Assembly (NCBI GenBank): GCA_021107435.1
Contig: JAIOSV010000089.1
Location: 111,347-175,346 of the forward strand
Direction of reading: 5' to 3'
Length of the DNA stretch: 64,000 nucleotides
Source: Candidatus Sabulitectum sp.
GTDB lineage: Bacteria > Fermentibacterota > Fermentibacteria > Fermentibacterales > JCC-6
Both the position numbers and the translations under genes were made by a program. Positions 1 to 9,924 of the stretch are shown piece after piece (position 1 is the first letter of the stretch; each line of letters begins with the position of its first letter). A model generated the notes under the pieces. It had not been told where the DNA came from. It was given only the letters and a program-made list of their open reading frames with translations, and searched no databases.

Positions 1-126
1 TTCGTTTTCTACAATTGCCCGAACAGTAAGCCAGTCTCCATCGTAGGTTTCGCCATCAGCAGGTTCAGAAATGGTCAGGCTTGCTGAGGAAAGAGCAATC
101 ACAGTAAGAGAAGTAAAGATCAGCAT
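1..126 (-). CDS. Partial secreted protein (5' end only; runs off the window), probable Ig-like N-terminal domain
   Basis: Manual translation from ATG at 126: MLIFTSLTVIALSSASLTISEPADGETYDGDWLTVRAIVENE. Signal peptide followed by a P..G Ig-like start; overlaps the stop of the upstream gene. Confidence 0.6.
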   Translation of the reverse strand, partial: MLIFTSLTVIALSSASLTISEPADGETYDGDWLTVRAIVENE

Positions 127-833
127 TCGGTTCTCCAGTCAGTTGATAAAAGATATGGATATACGGCAACACAACACCTGTCATCGCCGTCAAAGACAGA
201 TTCAATAACTTCGACTCTCACGGGGGATTCAGTAATGGTTTCCCAGATATTCCGGTAAAAGCCAGCTCCGCACAGGCAGTACTCCACAGGCATTCTTATA
301 CCCTGCTTAACTGCTTTGTTCACTCTGGGGCAATGGCAGTACATTTCTCTTCTTGCCTGTGAATCTTTCTCGCCGATCCATTTTCTGAGATTGCCGCTTT
401 TAGGTATTTTTACTGCGATTATCCGGCTACCATCCAGTACACCGGCCACACCCATTCCCATTTCAAGAAGCTTGTTGACAATCTCCATATCCATGAGCAT
501 ACCGTCTCTCAGTGACTCAACAAACTGCTTCCTCAGTAGGTCAATAGCTTCAGGAAAGCTGCCGCTCTTCCTGAAAGCAGCTCGAACAGAGAGCAGCTTT
601 GCCCTGGGGTAATGACAGGCACAACCTGTAACAACATCATGAAGCTCTACTTCAGAAAGTTCCTCCTTCAGTTTGTTCACTGCTCCTGCGGTCCAGCGCA
701 TTACATTCCCAGGAGCAGTGCTGGAGCTGAACTTTTCAGAACCCTTCATTGCTGCCTTCCTGAATTCCTTACTCTTAACCTCGTCAAGCTGCAGGGAAAG
801 CTTCTCCAGCCACATTCTTTCAAAATCCATCAC
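120..833 (-). CDS. Cys-rich DUF6144-like / V4R-like protein
   Basis: Motifs GCACHYP, YCHCP, YCLCGAGFY and PVRVEVIESV..GDDRC. Confidence 0.6.
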   Translation of the reverse strand: MMDFERMWLEKLSLQLDEVKSKEFRKAAMKGSEKFSSSTAPGNVMRWTAGAVNKLKEELSEVELHDVVTGCACHYPRAKLLSVRAAFRKSGSFPEAIDLLRKQFVESLRDGMLMDMEIVNKLLEMGMGVAGVLDGSRIIAVKIPKSGNLRKWIGEKDSQARREMYCHCPRVNKAVKQGIRMPVEYCLCGAGFYRNIWETITESPVRVEVIESVFDGDDRCCVAVYPYLLSTDWRTEC

Positions 834-948
834 TCCCTGCCTTTTTGTGAAATGAGTGTCATACTCCCAATTTATTGATAATATGGGATATCAGGCAAAA
901 CTGCAATGTTTCATGCGAAACCATTCAGGGCTTTCGGAGCGCATTTCC

Positions 949-1005
949 TTGACTGCGGCAACATTATGAATTACATTATTGTCGTAACGAGATTTTCGTA
1001 ACGAC
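949..1005 (+). promoter_or_regulatory. Sigma70-type promoter with a tandem palindromic operator
   Basis: TTGACT(949-954)-17bp-TACATT(972-977), followed by GTCGTAACGA-GATTT-TCGTAACGAC (981-1005). Confidence 0.5.
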
Positions 1006-1014
1006 GGGAATGCA

Positions 1015-2151
1015 ATGAACAATCCATTTTCTTACGGCGGTATTGTCAAGGGAGAAACCTTCTGCAACAGAATCACTGAGCAGAAGGATCTGATAAGAGC
1101 AGTTGAAAACAGTGAAAAACTGTTTATCCACGGGGAAAGACGTATCGGCAAAACATCCTTGCTAAAAGCAGTCATTCAGAAAATTGAGAAAAATAGTGGC
1201 ATCTGCTTCTACATTGATGTGTGGAAGTGCCTTGACGAGGATGACTTTTCCAGAGTCTGCGCAAGTGCCTTTGCGGAATACGCTTTTAAAGAGAAACAGA
1301 GTGTTGTAGAAAGGCTGAAAACTCTTTTTGCCGGCATAACCCCATCATTCAGTGTTGATGAAGCAGGCAAACCGTCTGTGACTTTACTGAGAGCCCGCAG
1401 CGATAAACCGGGACCGTTCGTTGACGAAATCCTAAAGGCTCCACAGCGAGTAAGAGCAATAGAACCTGATCGACCGATTCTGGTTGTTTTTGATGAATTC
1501 CAGCAGATAAGAGAGATCTCAGGGCTGAAACTTGAGCAGATTATAAGAAGCAGAGTCCAGGAGCAGCAGAATGTTGCCTACTTTTTTTGCGGAAGCCGCA
1601 CAAGTCTTTTAAAGAAAATGTTTCTGGAAAAGAGCAGCCCGCTTTACAGAAGTTCCGGGCACTATCCGATAGAATCCATCTCACCCAATCACTGGAAGCC
1701 CTTCATCAAAACTGAATTTACAACCACTGGTAAGAGCATCACTGCTGAGACAATCACTGCGCTGGTTGAAGCAACAGGAGGACATCCTTTTTACACCCAG
1801 ATGCTTTGTTCTTCCCTCTGGGACATTACAGATAACACAGTATCCGTGTCTGATCTGGAAAGCGCAACAGATCTCCTTCTTGATCGTGAAAGCAGCACAT
1901 ACATCACTCTGTGGAACGCACTTCCCGAGCAGCCGAGAAAAATGCTGAGAGCCCTGGCTATGGAAAACCCTCTCTTCAAACCAACTTCAGGAAAAACGGT
2001 GCAAACTCATGGATTCGCGTCACCTTCCTCTTCGAAAAGCGCATTGACCTATCTAATTGACAAAGATCATGCAGCACAGAACAAGGATGGCGGTTACTTT
2101 CTGGTGGACAGGTTCCTTGGGATGTGGTGCCGGCGCAACCTTACTCTGTAA
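1015..2151 (+). CDS. AAA/archaeal-type ATPase with C-terminal winged helix
   Basis: NPF.YG start, FCNR..E, Walker A GERRIGKTSLL, Walker B VVFDEFQ, TGGHPFY. Confidence 0.85.
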   Translation: MNNPFSYGGIVKGETFCNRITEQKDLIRAVENSEKLFIHGERRIGKTSLLKAVIQKIEKNSGICFYIDVWKCLDEDDFSRVCASAFAEYAFKEKQSVVERLKTLFAGITPSFSVDEAGKPSVTLLRARSDKPGPFVDEILKAPQRVRAIEPDRPILVVFDEFQQIREISGLKLEQIIRSRVQEQQNVAYFFCGSRTSLLKKMFLEKSSPLYRSSGHYPIESISPNHWKPFIKTEFTTTGKSITAETITALVEATGGHPFYTQMLCSSLWDITDNTVSVSDLESATDLLLDRESSTYITLWNALPEQPRKMLRALAMENPLFKPTSGKTVQTHGFASPSSSKSALTYLIDKDHAAQNKDGGYFLVDRFLGMWCRRNLTL

Positions 2152-2177
2152 GTGAGATACTGAGAGGTTCCGGCAAT

Positions 2178-2951
2178 TCAGTCCCGCTTTTCGTTCAGGG
2201 ATAGTCCACAGATCCGAAGTGGCTCCAGCAAATCCTCGGGATCAGTACTCCACTGGGCCATTTTACGCGAGATGTGCTCTGTCCAGCTGTAGTTGTCAAA
2301 GGTGAATTTCTCCTCTCTGGCTTTGTCGGAAAGAGGAATCATGAACCCGGCTTTTTTGTAGTAGTTCTGCTCAAGGTAGCCACGATCCATTTGATCCATA
2401 GCTCTTTTTACAGAGTCCTCCGGGAAATCAGGATACTTCTCCTGAAAAAGATGGAATTCCATGGGATAACGGGGCCGCACAGGAGGATCCTCGGCAGGAA
2501 AACCCATGGCAAGGATTACAAGAGGAAACACATGGTCAGGAAGGTTGCAGTCTTCCCGAAGCTTTTCTGACATATAGAGCGCAGATCCAACGAAGCAACT
2601 TCCCATCTCCAGGCTTTCCGCTGCTGTAACCATATTCTGAGCCATATAAGCGGCATCCTGCATACCGAACAGCAAGCTGTGAATATTGGAAGCTTCTCTA
2701 TTCCAGCCGCGTACCTTCATGACCTTTTCCATTCTGTGCAGGTCACATAGGATGATGAACTGAATCGGGGCGTTAAAGGCATTTGTCTCTCTGTTCCTCT
2801 GAATAATCACGCTGCCCAGTTGCATAGCGAAGGGAGCCTGCTGACCGGCCCGGACAATTGTTAGAATTTCTTCTTCGGAGGGAATCTGCTCTGTAAACTC
2901 CCTGATGGATTTCCTGTTCATCAGCGAGTCGATTACTGCGTTTCTTATCAT
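2178..2951 (-). CDS. Nitroreductase family protein (NfsA/Frp-like)
   Basis: NRKSIREF, AQNMVTAAESLEMGSCFVG, LAMGFPAE.P..RPR; start moved to ATG 2951, which follows a GGAGA RBS. Confidence 0.85.
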   Translation of the reverse strand: MIRNAVIDSLMNRKSIREFTEQIPSEEEILTIVRAGQQAPFAMQLGSVIIQRNRETNAFNAPIQFIILCDLHRMEKVMKVRGWNREASNIHSLLFGMQDAAYMAQNMVTAAESLEMGSCFVGSALYMSEKLREDCNLPDHVFPLVILAMGFPAEDPPVRPRYPMEFHLFQEKYPDFPEDSVKRAMDQMDRGYLEQNYYKKAGFMIPLSDKAREEKFTFDNYSWTEHISRKMAQWSTDPEDLLEPLRICGLSLNEKRD

Positions 2952-3011
2952 GGTGTCTCCTGACAAGGTAAGGAATACCAATTTGATTGCGCAAATACAC
3001 AATGGATACTA

Positions 3012-4103
3012 TTAAAGTTGCAGCTCCATGACATACACTCGGGGAAAAGAACCTGGGCACATTGTGTAAGCGAGAATCCCGTAGTCTGTTATACCGAAAG
3101 CAATCATCTCATCTCCCGGAAGTCCTTCGCAGGTGCAAGTAAATGCCAATTCTCCGTTCATAGTGTAAACATCAAAGGATGGATTGAACCAGGAACCGTG
3201 GCAAGCCCAGAGACATCCCGTTGAGTTCTGCACTTGCAGGTCAGTTATTCCAGGTTCGTGAGCAGACGGCTCCCAGTTCCCCATATCTCCGTCTCTCAAT
3301 TTTCTCCAGATTTGTTCCATCTCGATCTCATCAGCATCACGCAACTCTTGTTCATGCGGGGCGTAGAGAGTATCAAGTAATACTCCATCCATGGAAAACA
3401 CCAGTACCTTGTAATCCTGGGCGTCCGGTGCGACAAAGACAAGGCCGGAACTACTTGCCACAATAGAGTTCTCAAGTTGAACAAACAAGTCGTATATACT
3501 TTCCAGAGCATCAACTTCAAGATATCTCGAAAACAGAACTCGCTCTTTCCTTCCGCTGACTGTGTTCCACACACATATTTCGTAGCCGATACTGACAGAA
3601 TCGCCCTCTCGATCAATACTCCCGACAAAACCAACCACTGTTGAATTGTCAATAAAGCATGGTTCCTGAAGTGCAGTCATCCCATCAAAAGTCACTGATG
3701 ACACAGGAATAGCCAGATTATCAAAGAAGACACACCTTGGAGGCATGTTGAATTCAAACACCGCAAATCTTGAATCAACTACCGCAAGGTACGCAGCGCA
3801 TCGATACTCAAGAGGTCCGTTACCGCAGTAATTACTTGTAACAATGTAATTGCAGTCTCTATCGAAAACTCGCAATTCCTGATATCCCTTATCAAGGAGG
3901 ACAAATGTGGAATCGTTGATAAATGCAGCACCGGAAATGTTTCCGAATACTTCGTATGGCTCTCCGTAATCCACACCCAGAGAATCCACAACAACCAGCC
4001 GTCTTTCTTCAACGATCCGCTCTGGCCGAGCAGGAGATAACTGGCATGCAAACAAATTCACGATAATGGCAATTACTGCAAATGGAATCAATCGTCTCAT
4101 CAA
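3012..4103 (-). CDS. Lipoprotein, 6-bladed beta-propeller-like
   Basis: Lipobox LFAC; G.GPLEY motif; beta-rich repeats. Confidence 0.65.
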   Translation of the reverse strand: MMRRLIPFAVIAIIVNLFACQLSPARPERIVEERRLVVVDSLGVDYGEPYEVFGNISGAAFINDSTFVLLDKGYQELRVFDRDCNYIVTSNYCGNGPLEYRCAAYLAVVDSRFAVFEFNMPPRCVFFDNLAIPVSSVTFDGMTALQEPCFIDNSTVVGFVGSIDREGDSVSIGYEICVWNTVSGRKERVLFSRYLEVDALESIYDLFVQLENSIVASSSGLVFVAPDAQDYKVLVFSMDGVLLDTLYAPHEQELRDADEIEMEQIWRKLRDGDMGNWEPSAHEPGITDLQVQNSTGCLWACHGSWFNPSFDVYTMNGELAFTCTCEGLPGDEMIAFGITDYGILAYTMCPGSFPRVYVMELQL

Positions 4104-4164
4104 TACTCCTGAACAATTCAGTTTTTCTCAGGTAGTGTCTGGTTATTGAATTTGTTCCTGCTCC

Positions 4165-4210
4165 ATAGAGAAAACCCCGCCAGGTATAAACCGTGGCGGG
4201 GCTTTTCTAT
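4165..4210 (-). terminator. Rho-independent terminator after rpsG
   Basis: Minus strand: AAAAGCCCCGCCA-loop-TGGCGGGGTTTT, 10 nt after the rpsG stop. Confidence 0.85.
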
Positions 4211-4220
4211 TTGTCCGGGG

Positions 4221-4688
4221 TTACCAGCGGTAGTGGGCGAACGCCTTGTTGGCGTCGGCCATCTTGTGGGTATCCTCTTTCTTTTTGACGCTTGCGCCCT
4301 CGTTGCGGGCTGCATCCATGAACTCGGCGGCCAGACGCGATCTCATTGTATTACCCTTGCGCTTTCTTGAATAGCCGATAATCCACCTCATGGCAAGTGC
4401 GTCCCTTTCTTCAGGGCGGACCTCCAATGGAATCTGATATGTGGATCCACCAACACGACGGCTCTTGACCTTCAGTGTGGGACGGACATTGTTCATGGCC
4501 TTGCTGAAAACGGACACGGGATCCTGCCCGGTCTTTTCGGAAATAATATCAAACGCGCCGTATACAATAGCTTCGGCTACTGATTTCTTACCCTGCAGCA
4601 TAATGTTGTTGATAAACTTTGCAACAACAAGATTGCCGTATCGTACATCAGGCAGAATTTCTCTGCGTTTTGGTCTGTTTCTTCTCAT
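4221..4688 (-). CDS. rpsG: 30S ribosomal protein S7
   Basis: [25 protein letters not shown]. Confidence 0.98.
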   Translation of the reverse strand: MRRNRPKRREILPDVRYGNLVVAKFINNIMLQGKKSVAEAIVYGAFDIISEKTGQDPVSVFSKAMNNVRPTLKVKSRRVGGSTYQIPLEVRPEERDALAMRWIIGYSRKRKGNTMRSRLAAEFMDAARNEGASVKKKEDTHKMADANKAFAHYRW

Positions 4689-4705
4689 TTTCTATATTCC
4701 CCGCT

Positions 4706-5077
4706 CTACGATTCCCGTTTTGTTCCGTATTTGGAACGGCTCTGTTTTCTGCCTTCCACGCCGCTTGTATCCTCAACACCACGAATGATGTGATAACGCA
4801 CGCCGGGAAGATCTTTGACTCGGCCGCCCCTTACAAGAACAACGGAGTGCTCATTAAGGTTGTGTCCCTCGCCGGGAATATATGCTGTAATCTCGAACCC
4901 GTTGCGAAGCCTCACACGTGCAACCTTACGGAGTGCCGAGTTGGGTTTCTTCGGGGTGGAAGTATACACGCGGGTGCAAATTCCTTTTCTCTGCGGGCAA
5001 CCTGTGAGAGCAGGAGCCTTGGTCTTCTGTGTCGGCTTCTTGCGCCCTTTTCGCACCAGCTGATTAATGGTGGGCAA
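4706..5077 (-). CDS. rpsL: 30S ribosomal protein S12 (TTG start)
   Basis: [35 protein letters not shown]. Confidence 0.98.
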   Translation of the reverse strand: MPTINQLVRKGRKKPTQKTKAPALTGCPQRKGICTRVYTSTPKKPNSALRKVARVRLRNGFEITAYIPGEGHNLNEHSVVLVRGGRVKDLPGVRYHIIRGVEDTSGVEGRKQSRSKYGTKRES

Positions 5078-5141
5078 ACTTTCTCCTTTCGTGGGTCAGC
5101 TCGCGCGAGCTGCCGTTTCTCCTTTTACAGTGAGTGCAACT

Positions 5142-8100
5142 CTATACATGAATAAACTTATCGTCAACCTCTGGCTCCGGTACCGGTATCGGCAACTCAG
5201 ATCCATCACTCATGGAAATGGTGAGACTGCGGTAACCTTTCACTCCGGTTCCTGCCGGAACCAGATGTCCCACAATTACATTTTCCTTCAAGCCAACCAG
5301 TCTGTCAAGCTTGCCATTTATGGCTGCGTCTGAAAGAACCGAATTGGTCTCCTGGAAGGACGCGGCGGACAGAAAGCTGTTAGTTGCCAGTGATGCCTTA
5401 GTTATACCAAGCAGCATTACATCACTGGAAGCGGGGCGTCTCCCCTGATTCATCATTTCCATGTTTACCTTGTTCAGGATGAGACGGTTGACTCTTGCTC
5501 CTTCGAGGAACTGTGTGTCTCCGGCGTTCTCAATCCTGGCTTTACCCAGCATCTGCCTTACGACAATGCCGATGTGTTTATCGTTGATCTTAACACCCTG
5601 AAGCCTGTAGACCTCCTGGATCTCATTAAGAAGGTAATCCTCAACACTTTCTGTTCCAATTACCCTGAGAATATCGTGGGGATCAAGCGGTCCGTCAGTA
5701 AGTTTGTCTCCGGCTTCCACATGATCACCTTCGCGAACCCTTATGTGCTTGGTTGCCTGTATCTTAACACTGGCTTCCTGACCCTGATCGCCCATTATAG
5801 TCACCGTACGCATCGCAGCTTTAATCGGACTCAACCCGATAGTTCCACTGATTTCCGCTATGGCAGCCGCATCACTGGGTCGCCTTGCTTCAAAAAGTTC
5901 GTCGACGCGGGGAAGTCCGCCGGTGATGTCCCGCTGCATTCCGGCTCTTTTCACCATTCTTGCGATATGCGTTCCAGTCCTGATGAGATGCCCGTCTCGC
6001 ACATGAAGCGTGGCTCCGCTGGGGATGGGGTAAACACCTCTCACATGATCCTTGATGAATTGCTCCACCGGATCCTGACCCATCTGACGCTGCTTTCCTC
6101 GAACAACGATATGACTTCTGAATCCGCCTTTCTGGAAGAAGCTTACAAGAACCAGGATTCGTGAAGTTGCAATAATATCGCTTAATCGCAGTATTACCTG
6201 CCTGGTTCCCGCATGGGCTTTGTCAAGACTGGCCAGACCCATTACAAAAGGATGCTTCTGGCTGTAGTTGATCAAAACATCCATGAACTCGTCCTCAAGC
6301 TCGTCATTCTTTCGACTGCTGGAAGCTGCAAGGCGATCTGTAACATCCTTCAGAAGGGCAAATTCTGTCTTATCCTTCTTGCCCTTTGCTGTTGCTTTAC
6401 CCAGTTGCTGAACAATCTCAACAAAAGCTGCATAGCTGCCTGTTCCAACTCTCCTGCAATCAAGAGAAATGAAAGAAGTTTCAGAAGTGCTCTCCGCGTA
6501 ACTTGCAAGAATGTCATCGTAAAGTGAAGTAGGACGAGCGGCATTCGTATCACGATATGTGAAAACGATTCTGCCGTTCGCGGTCTCCGCTTCTCTGAGA
6601 AGTTCGTTGAAGGTAAGAAGTTCCTCTTCTCTGCGCCTTGGACGACCTGAAAGAACCACCATAAACTCAGGGAGAATGAAGACATGGGGATGAAGCGTGC
6701 GACTTCTATCCTCAACAATAATCATCTGCCTGTGTTGTTCGCTGTCAATGTCTTCCTGCAGTGTAACATCCTCTTCAATATCCACATAGTGTATGGAGCC
6801 TGAATGCTCGCTGACAATGGGATTACTGAATGGTTCAGCTATAAAGAGCAATTCGTCCCGCTTGACTATCTGATCATCTGTGATGAGCATGATTGAACCG
6901 GGAGATATCTCATAAGTTGAAAGAATTTCCCCATCGCTGTCAATCACATCAATTTGTCCGTTTCTGGAAGCAATAACACTGGAATTGCCATCGACATCAA
7001 CACCCTCCACCAGGTGTATGTTCCTGAAACTGACCTTACCGGGGTGCCTTGCTTTTACCTGGTTGTCCTGTGCCTCGCGAGACGCGACACCTCCTGTATG
7101 GAAGGTACGCAGCGTAAGCTGAGTACCAGGCTCACCGATTGACTGAGCCGCAATAACACCGGCAGCCTCACCCTCGGTAACCATACGGTTACGGCTGAGA
7201 TCCCAGCCATAGCACTTGGCGCAAAGGCCACGCTCTGCTTCACATGTGAGCACAGAACGGATTTTTACAGACTCTAGTGAACGTGAATCTATGTATGACG
7301 CGAGCCTGGATGTTATCTCCGCCCCTGCCTCACATATTATTTCATCTGTCACAGGATCGTAAACATCCTCGGCAGTTACTCTTCCCACAATTCGTTCACT
7401 GAGTTTCTCTATGACCTTTTCGCCCTCTTTGAGAGATGAAATTTCACGACCTCGAATTGTTCCACAGTCATCTGTGGTGATTACCACATCCTGACAGACA
7501 TCCACCAGCCGGCGGGTCAGGTAACCGGCATCAGCCGTTTTTAACGCAGTGTCGGCAAGACCCTTTCTGGAACCGTGTGTGGAGATTGAGTATTCGATAA
7601 CAGAAAGACCTTCTTTAAGAGAGCTGATGATTGGAGTTTCGATGGTCTCACCGATTTCACCGGAAAGCTTCTTCTTGGGCTTGGCCATGAGACCTCGCAT
7701 TCCCGCGAGCTGACGAACCTGCTCAACACTTCCTCTTGCGCCTGAATTGGCCATAAGAAAAATCGGGTTGAACCCGTGGTTGTCATGGCTTAGCTGCTCC
7801 ATCATGGAGTCCTTCACGTCATCGGTGGCCTTTGACCAAACATCTATGACCTTATTGTACCTGTCACTTTCGGTCATTTCTCCCTTGCGGGAAGCGAATT
7901 CGATCTGGGCAACACGGTCAGTACTCTCCTTGACTATCCCTTTCTTTTCAGTCGGTATGATCATGTCATTCATACCTACTGTCAGACCGCTTAAGGTGCT
8001 GTATTTGAATCCGAGATCCTTAAGGTTGTCAAGGAAAACAGCAGTTTTTACAGCTCCAAGTTCTGTGAATGATCTGGACACCATACGGTTCAAGCCCTTT

Positions 8101-9923
8101 TTACCAAACACCCTGGCATGGGATTCAGTCAGCCCGTTTGCCATAATGTACCCCATTCCCTCTGGAACTATGGAGTTGAAAATAACCTGACCTGGCGTGG
8201 TATAGTCTTTCCAGTACTTGGGTTGACGCCTTTCACCTTTGGAGTTTGTCTCTTTTATCTTGTTGATACCCCGTATCTTAATCCTTGAGTGGAGATTAAC
8301 TTTCCCCGCGTCCAGGGCACCTATAACCTCATCTGTTGAAGAAAACATCATGCCTTCTCCCAGATCTTTTGCCAGCGGTTTTGTTATGTAATAAGCGCCA
8401 ATAACAATATCGTGACTTGGGGCTGCGACCGGTTCACCGCTGGATGGCTTGAGAATGTTACGGCTCCCCAGCATAAGTATCCGGGCTTCCACTTGAGCCT
8501 CGGCGGAGAGTGGTAAGTGAACTGCCATCTGATCACCGTCGAAATCAGCATTGAACGCGGCGCATGCAAGAGGATGGAGCCTGATAGCAAGACCTTCTAC
8601 CAGAACCGGTTCAAATGCCTGTATGCCAAGTCTGTGCAGTGTGGGTGCTCTATTCAGCATAACTGGATGGTTCGCGATAACCTCTTCCAGAATAGCCCAT
8701 ACTATCTCTTCTTTATCCTCAACCTGCTTTTGAGCCATTTTGATTTTATCACCGGTTAATCTGGCAAGTCTGCCAACAACAAACGGCTTGAATAGTTCCA
8801 AAGCCATCGTTTTGGGAAGACCGCACTGGTGCATTCTCAGCTCAGGTCCCACAACAATAACCGAACGACCGGAGTAATCCACACGCTTTCCGAGAAGATT
8901 CTGGCGGAATCGTCCCCGCTTGCCCTTCAGAAGGTCAGAAAGACTGCGGAGCGGACGCATTCCAGCGCCTTTTACAGGTTTCCTGCGACTGCCGTTGTCA
9001 AGCACAGCGTCAACTGCCTCCTGCAGCATTCTCTTCTCGTTGCGAAGAATCACGTCAGGAGCCTGAAGATCCAGAAGCCTGAGAAGCCGGTTGTTTCTGT
9101 TGATAACACGCCTGTAGAGATCGTTAAGATCACTGGAAGCGAACCTTCCACCTTCAAGCGGTACAAGAGGCCTGAGGTCGGGAGGAAGCACAGGGAGAAT
9201 CCTGAGGATCATCCATTCAGGCTTGTTGTCGTTCTTGGAGCTTTCAAAGGCAACCACTTCCTTCAGACGCTTAAGATTTTTCTGACGTCTGCTCTGTGTG
9301 GTTTCGTTGGCAATGCTGGTTCTCAGAGTAGCAGCGAGCTCATCAAGATCAATCTCACTGAGAAGCTTCGCGACGGCCTCTGCTCCCATTCCAACCGTGA
9401 ATGCGTCCTCGCCGTAGGTTTCCCTCGCGGCGTAGTAATCCTCGTCATCCAGAACCTTTCCAGGCTTAAGGGACGGATGTTCACTGGTGATAACAATGTA
9501 CGATTCGTAGTAAAGAACTCTCTCCAGGTTAAGATTGGTAATATCAAGAAGTTTGTTGATTTTACGACTCTTGAAATACCATATATGAGAGACAGGTACC
9601 GCAAGCTCAATGTGCCCCATACGACTTCTTCTCACCCTTGAGTGAGTAACTTCGACACCGCACCGGTCACATTTAACGCCCCTGTAGCGGGGCTTTTTGT
9701 ACCTTCCGCAACTGCACTCCCAGTCCTTCACAGGACCGAATATTTTTTCACAAAAGAGACCGTCAGCCTCAGGTTTGTAACTGCGGTAATTTATTGTTTC
9801 AGCCTTTGTTACTTCTCCGTAAGACCATTCCTTAACGGTCTCAGGCGAAGCAAGACTGATCCTTATTCCTGAGAAATTAGCCGGAAATGTATTGGCATCT
9901 CTTAGGGAATGTGAATCAAGCAT
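5142..9923 (-). CDS. rpoC: DNA-directed RNA polymerase subunit beta' (with an extra ~205-aa insertion)
   Basis: NADFDGD active site, N-terminal Zn finger, [27 protein letters not shown]; likely start is ATG 9923, right after the rpoB stop. Confidence 0.98.
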   Translation of the reverse strand: MLDSHSLRDANTFPANFSGIRISLASPETVKEWSYGEVTKAETINYRSYKPEADGLFCEKIFGPVKDWECSCGRYKKPRYRGVKCDRCGVEVTHSRVRRSRMGHIELAVPVSHIWYFKSRKINKLLDITNLNLERVLYYESYIVITSEHPSLKPGKVLDDEDYYAARETYGEDAFTVGMGAEAVAKLLSEIDLDELAATLRTSIANETTQSRRQKNLKRLKEVVAFESSKNDNKPEWMILRILPVLPPDLRPLVPLEGGRFASSDLNDLYRRVINRNNRLLRLLDLQAPDVILRNEKRMLQEAVDAVLDNGSRRKPVKGAGMRPLRSLSDLLKGKRGRFRQNLLGKRVDYSGRSVIVVGPELRMHQCGLPKTMALELFKPFVVGRLARLTGDKIKMAQKQVEDKEEIVWAILEEVIANHPVMLNRAPTLHRLGIQAFEPVLVEGLAIRLHPLACAAFNADFDGDQMAVHLPLSAEAQVEARILMLGSRNILKPSSGEPVAAPSHDIVIGAYYITKPLAKDLGEGMMFSSTDEVIGALDAGKVNLHSRIKIRGINKIKETNSKGERRQPKYWKDYTTPGQVIFNSIVPEGMGYIMANGLTESHARVFGKKGLNRMVSRSFTELGAVKTAVFLDNLKDLGFKYSTLSGLTVGMNDMIIPTEKKGIVKESTDRVAQIEFASRKGEMTESDRYNKVIDVWSKATDDVKDSMMEQLSHDNHGFNPIFLMANSGARGSVEQVRQLAGMRGLMAKPKKKLSGEIGETIETPIISSLKEGLSVIEYSISTHGSRKGLADTALKTADAGYLTRRLVDVCQDVVITTDDCGTIRGREISSLKEGEKVIEKLSERIVGRVTAEDVYDPVTDEIICEAGAEITSRLASYIDSRSLESVKIRSVLTCEAERGLCAKCYGWDLSRNRMVTEGEAAGVIAAQSIGEPGTQLTLRTFHTGGVASREAQDNQVKARHPGKVSFRNIHLVEGVDVDGNSSVIASRNGQIDVIDSDGEILSTYEISPGSIMLITDDQIVKRDELLFIAEPFSNPIVSEHSGSIHYVDIEEDVTLQEDIDSEQHRQMIIVEDRSRTLHPHVFILPEFMVVLSGRPRRREEELLTFNELLREAETANGRIVFTYRDTNAARPTSLYDDILASYAESTSETSFISLDCRRVGTGSYAAFVEIVQQLGKATAKGKKDKTEFALLKDVTDRLAASSSRKNDELEDEFMDVLINYSQKHPFVMGLASLDKAHAGTRQVILRLSDIIATSRILVLVSFFQKGGFRSHIVVRGKQRQMGQDPVEQFIKDHVRGVYPIPSGATLHVRDGHLIRTGTHIARMVKRAGMQRDITGGLPRVDELFEARRPSDAAAIAEISGTIGLSPIKAAMRTVTIMGDQGQEASVKIQATKHIRVREGDHVEAGDKLTDGPLDPHDILRVIGTESVEDYLLNEIQEVYRLQGVKINDKHIGIVVRQMLGKARIENAGDTQFLEGARVNRLILNKVNMEMMNQGRRPASSDVMLLGITKASLATNSFLSAASFQETNSVLSDAAINGKLDRLVGLKENVIVGHLVPAGTGVKGYRSLTISMSDGSELPIPVPEPEVDDKFIHV

Positions 9924-9924
9924 T

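Noticed and set aside
4706..5077. Streptomycin-resistance substitutions in S12
   Set aside because: The TPKKPNS and RVKDLPG motifs are canonical.
6051..6671. Intein in RpoC
   Set aside because: No N-terminal Cys/Ser block, no His-Asn/Gln followed by Cys/Ser/Thr at the end, and no LAGLIDADG motifs.
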